DNA of 64,000 bases from Callorhinchus milii (lineage: Eukaryota): contig NW_024704743.1 in the NCBI RefSeq assembly GCF_018977255.1, forward strand, positions 85,500,001-85,564,000, read 5' to 3'. Both the position numbers and the translations under genes were made by a program. The notes under the pieces are model-generated. The model had not been told where the DNA came from and ran no database searches. It saw nothing but the letters and a program-made list of their open reading frames with translations. Below are positions 1 to 12,400 of this stretch, one piece after another (positions within the stretch are counted from its first letter, which is position 1; each line of letters opens with the position of its first letter).

Positions 1-337
1 TTCAGAAAAGCCAGACATATTGTCATCATCATCACACAGCTTTATCATTTCGCTTTTATAAAAAAAAATCACTTACTGAGGGTGCATTTTGAACTCTTTA
101 ACATCTGGGCAAACAGAACAGAAGTAATTGGAAATAGAAAACTGATTAAATTTGTAGTATTTGCATGGTGTTTTTTCATTTAGATTACGTGTGAGCTAAT
201 TTAATTCCTAACTTCTTATAAGTTTTTTTGCTTAGGGAACATAGAGGCTGCTTTTTCTAAATCCTATTCTGAACAGTTTTGTTGCTCGGTGTCGGATGCT
301 TTAAGAGTATGAGGTGTAACGTTGAAAGGCTTCTTAC

Positions 338-495
338 TTTACTGTCATTGACGTTGAGAAGCATTAGTTGAAGTGTCTGAGGGGTAGTGCTCGTGAAGTA
401 TATATCATAGGACTTGTTTGTTGCTACGATTCCATGGAACAGTGAGATCCTTCTCCTACAGGTATAACCTGAGCACCAGCCGTGGTCTTGTGGAC
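338..495 (-). CDS. PKHD1L1: PKHD1L1 exon w52 (window numbering in transcript order)
   Basis: cag|GTCCA...AAA|gtaag; [53 protein letters not shown]. Confidence 0.93.
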
Positions 496-3400
496 CTGAT
501 ATAATACATCATATTAAATTCAACAATTTTTACTGCCACACCACAAAATACCTAGACTGATATTAACAATTTAATTTAACACTGATAATAATAATCCTTA
601 CATGTGATTTAGCACCTTTCATGTCAGGGGGACATCTCAAAGCGCTTCAGAGGATCCAGTGTGAAGTGTACTTTATCAGCAAACTTGATAGCCAATTTGC
701 ACACAGCAATGTTTCATAAACATGAAATGAATGACCATTTTTATTTATGGGATTGATGGCCATTTTTATTTCTGGGATTCTTTTCGAATAGCATCAAGGA
801 ATCTTTTAATGACCACCTGAACAGGCTGACAGGTTTAATGTCTCATCTGAGTCAGAGGCGAGAGGGCTACCAACTGAGTCAGATATGCAATCCAAACCAA
901 GTTCTGCGATCGCCAGCATTGGAAATCCCTTTCCAGGTAGGATTGGCATTAGTTATTATACAGCTTACTTCATCCTAATTGCTCTGTTCCTTAGTTGGAT
1001 TAAGGATCACATGAGCGTCAGATCTGAAAATGACACGTACCATTAATGAGGTCAATGTAGCCATCTGCAAGCAAAGCCACTGGGGACAGACGTCTGGTTT
1101 CTGAATCCGAGTCGAGACTCTCGATAACCAGCATCTCGTAATTTAGCCCAAAGCACTTGTAACTTTGCCAGTCAGACATGTAGGTACAGCTGGAGTCACG
1201 GATTATCCCTGCGGGAAGTAATGACCACAGATGTATGATTCCAGAAAGACATGAGATTATGGAAGAGCATTGGCAGTAAGGCAAAAGTATCCGCCCCTCG
1301 CTTTCAGTGCAAATTGATGGAATGTTGATTTGCCACCACAATTGCACAGGGGCTCACTAGTTCAGATCACAGTACAAAATATCTACTCTGAATTTGATCC
1401 CTTGGGTGATTACATCTTATTTCTGCTCTGATCTTGGTGTATCAGGCCATGGGAAACATTGTGCTTTCACATCAGGCTCCTCACGTCTGACATGACCTGA
1501 ACCAGAAAGCTTCTTGAAGTGCGTTTATTGAATTTAGTGAAGCTCGTGTGGTGTTTTGGAACATTGCAAGTTATTTGATGATTGCAACCGTATACTATGC
1601 ACTGAAGAGCTTGAATAGTTTTGTAACCTGTGGTGATACTGAAGGTAACAAGCCCAAGGTTTTCCTTTAAGACCACACAATAAAAGTATATAAAAAACAA
1701 CCTTGGAAATACAAGTCAATGAGTGACTGAGGGAGAATGACAGGGTCACTCACACAAAACATGTTAACTTTCTCTTCCAGGTGCCCAGGGACTTGTTTTA
1801 TCCTTTTTGCATTTTATGTCATTTCCAATCAGTACAATATTCCTTTTTTTCTAAAAAATCTAAAATCTAAGTGTGTCAAATTATTTTCCTAATTTTCTCC
1901 CTGCTGGACTATGGCGCTCCACTTCTCCTGTGGTCTCCTCTTGCTGGGGTGCAGTTCCACAGTGCTGGGTGCTCTCCGGTATCTCAGGACATTGTTCTGG
2001 CATGTGACGTGGTAGCGAGTGTCACCAGGCCACTCGCTTAAGAGAGCATTGCAGTCAAACCTTACCTTTCCCCACCTGGCACCGTCAGTAAAGAGGTTCT
2101 GAAGAGGAATAAGAAGCAGAAACCCTGTGATTTTACCCTTCATAATCCAGGGAAGGCTGGGACCAATTTAGCCTCTCCAAACAGCCCTGACTGTAACCAG
2201 CAAATCCACTTGAACTGGGATTCAAACTGATGAACAACTAGTTTGTAATTGGCAACTCTACCCATTATACCATGGATAAGACTGCCCTCAATATTCCTAG
2301 CACGCTGGAAAATATTTACTGTTGATATTCACATTACCAAACTTCTTTTGCGAAGAATTATCTGGGATTTTCCTATGTGTAGGTGGGATGCGTGGAACTC
2401 TGTTTGGTTTGGATACTCTTAAGACATGGTGATGGGTTTCTGTACGTGTCAGACACTCGGCTGACTGAACCCATTTGTTTTACTAACCTTGATGTGGTGC
2501 GATTTGTGGGACAGGAATGCGACTGCCATTTAAGTAAGTCAGCACCACTTTAGGGATTCGATAATCACCGAGGCCATGACGCTTGTCACCATTCCACTCG
2601 TATTCTGATTGAGGAACCACTGCTCCAACGGCTCCGAGGAAGGATCCATCAAGGTCTTTCAACAGAGACTTCTTCTTGGCATCACAGTCCATGTCTACAC
2701 AATCTGAAGGGTTCACTTTCCTGTGAGGTTTCAAAAGAAATGTAATGCACATTAGTAAGAAGCATGCTGAGATGGCGTCCGGCGCGAAGGATGCTATATA
2801 AATGTAAGCTGTTGTTGTAACACTGGCTCTTAACATTCAGGTTCCTGGAACTCAAATAAAACTAGGCTTTCTTCTTTGGGAGCAGGCTCTTCTGTTATAT
2901 TTTTGCTGCATTTTATGCATTAAAGCAATTTGATCTAAGTAGCAAATTGTCCCAGAAAATGCAGGATAAAGCTGGCTTTAGAAGCACAACTCAGACTGTT
3001 GTAATCATGTTACTGTGCTTTGGGATGTCCTCTCCATGTGAAAAGCACTAAACAAATGTAAATTTCTATTTGTGTATTTGCCAGTGCTGGCTTTCTCAAA
3101 GAGCTATCCATTTAGTCCCATCTCCACCTTTTTACTCCCCATACCTTAGTTCTCTTTTTTCACATATTTATCAAATTCTCTCTTAAAAGCTAGTATAACT
3201 TCTGCCTCAACCATGTCCCAGATAGGCCATTCCATATCCTGACAATGCTGTGTGTGTAAAAACAAATTCTCATAATCTCTCCTTTTGCTCCTCAGTTAAT
3301 TACTTTAAACCCATGTCCTCTAGTTACCGATCAATGGAAATTATATGGCCCTGTTTCCTCCATCAAAGCCTTTTCATTTAAAAAGAACTCTATTGAGTCT

Positions 3401-6400
3401 TTCATCATATATAATCTCTCACCTTGACCTAATGCATTTTTAAAACAATTATCCTTATTTAATAATACATTGGCAATTCCTAATTAACTTTCGCCCACAA
3501 GATATACAGTCAATTCAGTTTACACTATATTCTGTGAATTGTTTTGAGACGTCCCGAAGATGTGATAAGATGCTATATAAATGCAAAGGATTATTATTAT
3601 AATATAGCACTGCTAGCAAAGTTGATTCTTATCTCATATAGTAAAATACTGTACTTACTTTAGATTGGGCCTGTGTATATATACTTTTCCTGGCTCCTCG
3701 CTATCTACCATAGTGATTCCCTCCACTGAGATGGGGTGCTGCAGATCTTCATTCAAAGGGCTGGTTATAAACATGACATTCACCTCTCCTGAACAAACAC
3801 CCTTGAAGCCAACAAATGTGGTATCTTTAATTTTAAAAAGTGAAGAATTAGATCACAATAACACAATTAGCACAATTAGCACTCACGAAAAATGTGACTT
3901 AGTTCTGACATATTCTTTTAATAAGTACTCCTAACTACAATGGGAAGATCTTCTCATAACCAGAAGTAAACTGACCTTATTAGGAAGCCACACTTGAAAT
4001 GGTTTCAAAGACATTTATAACTTCTTGGATTCAGCAGAACTAACCTCATTCCAGGCATGTCTGCCTCCTTCAACTCTGATAGAAACACTTTTGATTATAC
4101 TGGCTTGACTGGATGTCACAAGATTAGTTTTCATGAAAAATGCCCCTCCTGATCTTATCTTTCCAGAATATTTTTTAAAAGTTTTTAAGTGAGTCTAGTA
4201 ACTTGGTCTCATCCTTACTGGTAACCTGTGTTTGGTCAACATCGGATTATGTATTATCTAAGTTATTGTAAAGCAAAATGTAACTTTGCAATGACAATAA
4301 CTTGCATGCGTATAATACCCCTCATGTAGGTAATGTCTCAGAGTGCTTAAACAATGACAAATGCAATGACTGTCGATAGTGTGTTCATCTCTGGAAAGCT
4401 GGGTGTAGTAACATTATTGCTGTTCATTGTTTGCAACCAAATTGGTGCTTTGCAAGGTTAATTTCTTAGCTTACTTTGAACAATCATTAGTCCACTGATA
4501 GCAGGATAGCTCATCAAACCAGCATGGGAATGTTCAGGAGCATGGTTCTGAGCTGAAGCGAAGGTTGGCCAGCATATCCCACTTCTTCCCCCTTGTCAAT
4601 AGAAAAAGACACATTGTTAATCAGAAGGTAGTTGTGACATCGCGCTTACATGAGGCTGTTCAAAAAGGGTGTCTTACCTGATGGTGGTCTGGTGCTCCGA
4701 TCGAGCCTTGTGATACTCAAATTAGGATCACTAGTCAGTACATCAGAACAGTTGAACTTAGGACTAGTTCCTACCACTAAGGTACTCTTAAAAACAAACG
4801 TAAACACAAGAGCAGTTCAGATAAAAACAGCCAAATCTCATGCTTTCAGAACACTCTAAGTCTTTCTACTGCAGCATCAGTTTCCTAAATGGGTCCAGCA
4901 TCCTGGTCTCAATCAACCTTCTTAGAACTTCTCCAAATGTCAATTAGCCTCTATATAAAGAAATACTCCCTGATGTCTGTTCTAAAGCTGCCTCTCCCAA
5001 CGCTAAACCATCGTTCTACAATCTCGGTATATCAGAAAGTATTGTTCTGCATTAACTTTTGGTACAGAAGATTTCACATTGGGAGGATGTCTCGAAGTGC
5101 TTCACAAGATATACTGTAAAAAGTGGAGTAACTGTGCATTTTGTGGACGAATGCAACAGACAATTTGTGTACAGCAATATCTTAGTTGGGATATTATTGG
5201 CCAAGAAACCAGGAAAAATCCCCTTTTCCTCTTTCAATAGTGCCATTGGATCTTTTATTGTCCACCAAATAGGTCCTCAGACATCTCATCTGAAGGACAA
5301 CACCTGCAACAATGCAGCACACCCCTGGAGTGTTAGCTTAGACTATATGTGTTCCAACTTGGGCCCACAACCTGCTGATGCAGAGCTGAGAGTTCTACCA
5401 ACTGAGCCAAGCTTATTTAAAAGCCATAGAAACCCTATTCAATATATTCACATAAATACACAAAAATTTATTTTCATAAATTATATGAAACTGTAGAAGC
5501 TCAGTCATGAGCAGCAGATACCTGGCATAATACAGAAGACTTACATTGATAAGAACAGTTTTGTTAGACATCTGGTGAGAGGTAGCAGATGGTTTGTAAA
5601 TCATTGAGAAAATACCCATCCCATTGTCAACGAGGGTCACACTGGAGATCTGCACAGATTGGCTAGTCTGCAAAAAAAGGTTACTTTTAATTGCTGTCCA
5701 TTATCTGGGTTTCAAGATTTCATTACCATTTGTTATATCGATTTCAAGATCCTCACACTCATCTTCAAATCCTTTCATGCCCTCGCACCTCCCTACCTCT
5801 CTGACCTGCTTACTCCCCAGCCTGCTACTCGCTGCCTCTGCTCGACTGGCTCCGGCCTCCTGCTTGTCCCGCATGCCCTCCGCTCCACCAACGGTGGCCG
5901 TGCTTTCAGTCACTACGCCCCGAAACTCTGAAGCACTCTTCCTCTATACCTCCACTTTACTCTCTCCTTCCCCATCTTCAGGTCACGCGACCGTTCCTAT
6001 GGTCACTCCCCTCCCCATGAATTGTGTCGTGCTCTGGGATGCTACACTCTGCCCTGCATGAGGGGAGCCATGTTGTTGTTTTTCATAAATGAAACTAAAT
6101 TTGTTTCTTGATAGTTTGCAGAATGTAGAGGAAGAGAAGTTTGAGCAAAATAAGGGGCTCGGCAGCCTGGAAAAGGCCTAGACAGAGGAGGAAATAATAC
6201 AGTGAGGAAGAAACGCATGTGAGATGATATATTCTTAAGCTGTAGTGAACAGTGTTTGTTGAGCTAGGACCACTCTTGCAACTTGGCTTGCATGTTTGAG
6301 GACATGTCTACACCTTCAAATATATTAATGTCAATTCAGTAAATCAGGCTCATCAACGTGCCATGGTTTTCTATAGACCTGGCTGGCTTTTGCCAGGCAT

Positions 6401-9400
6401 GCCTCCTTCTAACTAATTCAGCTCCAGGAAGATGTTGCTCATTTCATTCTCGAGGAAAATAGGGTCATTATATCTGTAGATTGAGAGGAACAAGACAAGA
6501 AGAACATAGAACTATCAATAATGTAAAGAATAACAAGAGATTGCAATAGAGAAGTTGAAGGCTAGAGGTGATCGAAAGATTATCCATCAGATCAGATGAC
6601 CTTTCAGCTGAAAAAAAAACGTTTCCTGTATTCAGTCTATTGGTATCCATGCCTTGCACCTCCATGCTTGACTTTCCAACATCTTGCTCACCAGCTCCAC
6701 CCTTTATAAGTTCTAGATCATCCAGAACTCTACAACCCACATCCTGTCTTGCACTGGGCTCCACAAATCCATCACCCCCACCCAATTCTACTGGCTCTGT
6801 ATCCCCCAGTAGAATGACTTTAAGATTCTAGTTCTCAACTTCAAATGCCTCCACGGCCTTGCCCCACCCTACCTCTGTGAGCTCCTGCGACCTTATTCCC
6901 CTGGACACTTTTTCTGCTCCACCAACCCCATCCTGCTTCACATCTGTCACCTGCTCTCCTCATCTCATTATCAGGGGCAAGTCTTCAGCCTCTTTCCCTC
7001 TGCACTCTGGAATTCTGCCTAACCCTCCTCTCTTTGCTTTCTAAAAATGTCTAAATCTCCCCACACCTTCCTCCAAGATTAGTCTCCCATCCTGCCTTTG
7101 TAAAGAGCTTGGACATGTACTCCCTGTGTAAAGAAAAATCTCTATTTAAATTCACATTGTTGTTGAGAGAGGGGTTAGAATCAGCTCCTAAATTTGGAGC
7201 AGTATTCAAGCCTGGGACATTTGCGAGACTAAACTTGATTGAATAGGCTCAAACTGAATTGATCATAAGATTAATCCTTCCATTTGATATACATCTTATA
7301 AATGCCAAATGCAGTGAATGTGTATTTGTGAGCGAACGCAGCAGCCAATTTGCGCACAACAATGTCACTCAAATAATATTGGACATATCAACCAACAGAC
7401 AGACAAATGTATATTTACCTGGAAATATATTCCATAATCCCAACATTTCCAGATTGTGAATCCTTGGATAAGGGAACATGTGTAGAGACCATCCTGATTC
7501 ATGTACACACCATACAATCCTCCATGGGCTTCATTATTAGACCAGACCTCCACTGGATTCTTTTGACCTTTGGACATTGAGTTCATATCAAATTAATTTA
7601 AAATCTCTCCATGGTCTAGCCCCACCCTCCCTCTGTGACCTACCAGCCCACTCACTCCTTCTTGCTCAGCAGGAACTGCCCTGCTTCACATCTCTTGCCC
7701 TGCCCTCCCCACTATGGCCGGTCGGTCCTTCGGTGTATCTGTCCCCACTCTATAGAACTCCATCCTAGAGACCATTCAGCTCAAAACCTTCTATTTGACT
7801 GCGCCTTCGGTCATCTTCCCACGCTCAGGACCTTCATTCTCACCCTTCCTGAATCAAACTCTCAGCTCAGGTATAAACCTTTGACTGTCCAGGGCCTTGG
7901 GGCATCCTCCAGATGTGAAAGAAACTATTTAAATGCAATTTGTTGTTGTTGTTCCTTCTGCCTCTCTAACTGTCTGTGTGTCTATCTCGCTATCTGGGAT
8001 GTCCTCCCGACATGAAAGGTGCTTCATAACTGTAAATTTGTATTGTGTTGTAATACAATCAATGTTGTAATACCTCTTTAACAGCATGTGCATGTATGTG
8101 TGTGAAGATGTGTGTTTTCAAATAATTTGGGAGTCTGGTAACCTTACTGCATTTCACTTCTGCATCAGAGCTTGATGAGGATAAGTGGACATGCAAATAG
8201 TTGGAACATTGACTATTAATTGCAGATGTCATTGATTTTACCTAGTGAATTCAGACTCACTAGCTTGAACTTAGTAAACACAGATCTTAAAGTGTGAAAG
8301 CAATTTTGGTTTACAGGTCAGGTGAGATTATGGATAAAGTTCTGAGCAACAAACTGCAACAACATTTTTTGGTTGTGTCTGATACTAGATCCTCTGTGAA
8401 ATAAGCTAAATTCACTGTGGCTTGGTGAGCTCACAGAGCATCAAGGTAAAATAATAAAAAGTGATGTTCGGATTCAGGTTCTGTTGTTAGCAAAGTATAA
8501 GAGCATGCCTGAGTATAACTAGTCCAGGACATACTGCAGATACCTCTCATACCTTGGTATTATAGTTGAGGGCTCTCTTGTTAATAGCTGTGCACTAGAA
8601 TCGTAGAGCCATTTACAGTCATAGTCACAGTCATTTATTGCATAACAACAGTAAGTACACACAGTGGAGGGTCCAAAGCAGTAAGAGATACCTTCATGGA
8701 GCAGGAATATATTAGAGACTCACATACCTGGACATGGTTCACCATCAATGCGATAGGCAACCCGCTGAAACCCTGCCACAACATTGTCTTGCAGCACAAC
8801 CTCATGTCCTTCATTTACCTTTAAATATTAAATAATTCAATTTTAACTGTTACAGCTAATTGCAGAGAATACATTATTTCACATCCGTGCCATGACCCGC
8901 TCTGCATTTCCCCACCTACTTAACATCGCCCAGCTCCACCACTGACACTTGCTTTCAGTCCACCGAAACCCACATCGGTCCATTTATCATATCCAGGCTT
9001 GACTACGTCAACTGCCTACTTGTCAGCCTTCCCAACTCTTCCCTCCACAAGCTGCGGATCATCCAGAACTTTGCAGTTCATGTCCTCTCCCGTACCAGGC
9101 TCCTTGACCCCATTACCCCCATCCTTCCCCGGCTCCACTGGCTCCCCATCACCCAGAGGATAGAGTTCAAAATCCTCATCCTCGTGTTCAAGGCCTTCCA
9201 CAGACTCGATCCTTCCTACATCTGTGACCTGTTAACCCTATATCAACCTGTCTGCTCCCTCCGTTCAGCAGGCTGTGGCCTGCTCCACGTCCCCCACCCG
9301 GCCTGCCCCACCATCAGCAATCGGGCCTTCAGCCTCTCTGCCCCCAGCCTTTGCATCTCCATCCCACAACAAAAGCAACACATTACATTGGCATAGTGCC

Positions 9401-12400
9401 TTTCACATCGGGAGGACATCCCAAGATGCTGGATAGTCAGGGATTTGGACCTGAGCTGGGGGTTGGGATCAGGGAGTTGGGGACGGGGGTGGAGGGTAGT
9501 AGGGTGGCACAGTCGAAGAGGAGGATCTTGAGATGTGTCTTGAAGGAGGCAAGGGAGGGAGCAAGGCGAAGCGAATGTGGGATGGAGTTCCAAAATTAGA
9601 CCCTGCACAAGGTGGAAGTTGAGTGGGGGTGGGGGAGGTGTGTATGAAATCAATCAAAGGGGAAGGTTTGTAAAAGAGATTTAAAAAAATGGAAGGAGTG
9701 CGCAAAGCAGAGGGATTTGGGGGATAAATTTTCCCAGGTACAATTTGCATAGCACACTCCAAAATGCCATTTCACATGGTAGTTAGTACACACTAAATCA
9801 ATTTTGGGAAACCCAAATCCGAAGACTTTTCTTCAATCAGCAGCTGAGTGAGAATCTGGATAGCTTGCAAAGGACTTCAAAAGGACAGACAGTCCCTTCT
9901 TGCCTCCTTCATGGCATGCCTCAAGAACCTCCTCTTCGATCACGCCTTTGGCTACCTTCCTACCCTCCCTTCTCTCCACGCCCCCGATCAACCTCCCGCC
10001 CACCGCTCGGGTCCAAATCCCTGACTGTCCAACACCTTGGGATTTCCTCTCGACATACTATATTGACTGATACCTCCTAGGAAGAGTCTGGTAGGATAAG
10101 ATCACAGAAATAGTGAGGTGCTAGGCATGAACTTTTAATTTTTCCATTATATCTTCAATTTTAAGGCAAAATAGTTTTACAAGTGGAATTTCAGGGCTGT
10201 GGTCTTCTTCAACAAATGAGTGAACAGTACCTCAATCGCTGCATTCCAGCTCAAATAAGATGTGGACCACATGGCAAGACACACAAGGTTCCTCCTAACT
10301 CTATTCCTGTTGCCCCATAATCGGATACCTAGGAGAGATGAGAAAATTATTTCAGAATACACAATGTAAAGTTCGAAAAGTTTGACTGGGTGATTCTGTA
10401 GATAATTTCTCTGTTTAGAAAATGAAGTAATGTTACATATTAACACTTAGAATACAGAGTATTTTATGTTCAAAGTCCCCCCTCGAGACAGAAGAAGAAG
10501 AGAAAAAGAGCGCTCATATATAGAATTATATCCAGTTTTAGCAACAAAATCTTGCTTTTCTTCTTTCACTAAAAAGATCCATTTCACTGCGATTCCTCAC
10601 ATTAGATAACTGATCCAATGGCGGATACAGACTTCTAAGCTGTTGTGGTAATGTACGTTACAAGGAACAGGGAGAATGTTTCACAGTAGTTCCTTTTAGT
10701 TTACTGGGGGGAGAGCATATTAGCTTGGTCTGGGAGATACCTGAACTGTAAAAATACCAAACTGGAGAGGACAGGTACAAGAAAAAAGGATTGTTTGGAT
10801 TTCATCTTATAAAAATAAGCATGATCCATGTGATATAATGCTGAAACTTCTCCAATCACTTCACAGATAATTTCTGTAAAATGTATTGATTATGTGTTTG
10901 TAGGTGAAAGTGATAGCTGTTTCTTCACAAACAGCAATGAAGTGAATGGCCAATTTATCTGGAGAATTGTTAGGCACAATGCTGTGATAAATTCCTCTCA
11001 TTGAAACTAGTGACATGGGATCTCTTAGTGTCTACCTGAACAGGGATTTCGGTTTAATGTCTCATTTGAAGGACAGCATCTCTGACAATGGAGCATTCCC
11101 TTTGGACTGCACTGGAGTGTCAGTCTCAACAGGTGAGCTCAAAGCCCCAACATGGGCCCTGAGCTAATAACCTTCCATTCTAGTGAAGAGAATGCTTCCA
11201 GCTAATTGCTTTGGAGTTGAGCAGTATCTGAACAAAAAATACTCGCACAAGATGTTTTTCTCCTGTACATTAATTGAATATAAAAATGGGAATCTGATTA
11301 TTAAATTACCGTCACCAAGAGTGTGATGTATAATATTGTCATCAACATCAAGGCCATCAGTTCCAAACACTCCTATTGCTGGAGCAAATCCATGATGAAA
11401 AGCACATCCCCGAATATAAGATGCATCATTTCCTGAAATCTGGAAGCAAACAGTTACTCACAGTGTTTTTCAAACATTTTTTGCACCTATTTGCCATATT
11501 TGCTATATAGCCATTATTTGCTTACTTCCCCACCCAACAAAATAAAGATGAGAAATTGATAATCAATTGAAAACTATAATTTAAAAATCTGCCACAAACC
11601 TGTCCAAGATTGAGAAAAGCCACTGAATATCTTGGGTCAAAGTAATCTTCATAACCTTTTTGTCCACTGTGATAGAATTCAACGTTATTTATTCTTGCAT
11701 AGCCTACATTAAGACAGGAAAACAGCATACCAGGAAATGGTGATACTTGAACAGTTTAATACAACTTCCTGGGGTTGTAAATGAGGATGAAGAAGATATC
11801 AATTACAAGGATATGATTTACCTGAGCTGAGCCAAGTAACAAGCCATTACAAGTGTAAGCTGATCTAAAGTTATTTTCCACCTGGGTCAGTTTGGGACTT
11901 TTGTTTGTGGAATTTTCTATTTTACTGGGACCTAATGAAACAAATGGATCTGAGCCACATTCTTACTTTCACGCTATAAGCAAATAGCTACAGGGTTGAT
12001 TTGAATCCGGACTGAGTATGTAAGTTACTTCTGTCAAGCTATTTTTTCAATCAATCATTCTTCATTGCTCAATCAAATTAAATAGTTAGCAATGAATTTT
12101 CATTGCTTGCACCCTCTGATAACTGTTTATTACAGATAATTAAGAGCACTCAGTGACAAATATACTAAATTGAGTAATAAACAACAACAACAAATTGAAT
12201 TTATATAGCACCCTTCACGTGAAGGGAATGTCCCAAGGCATTGGAGGATCAAGGGTTTGCACCCGAGCTAAGGGTTGGATACAAGAGGGATGGGGGAAAA
12301 CGTGGAATGGGAAGATGACAGGCGCAGTCAAAGAGGAAGGTCTTGAGATGGACCTTGAAGGAGCCGGGAAATGGTGTGAAAGTGGGGAAAAGCTCAAGGC

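Noticed and set aside
4592..4677. Very short 86-nt intron as a possible misassembly or retained intron
   Set aside because: It has canonical GT-AG ends and correct phase, and the length is within the normal vertebrate minimum range.
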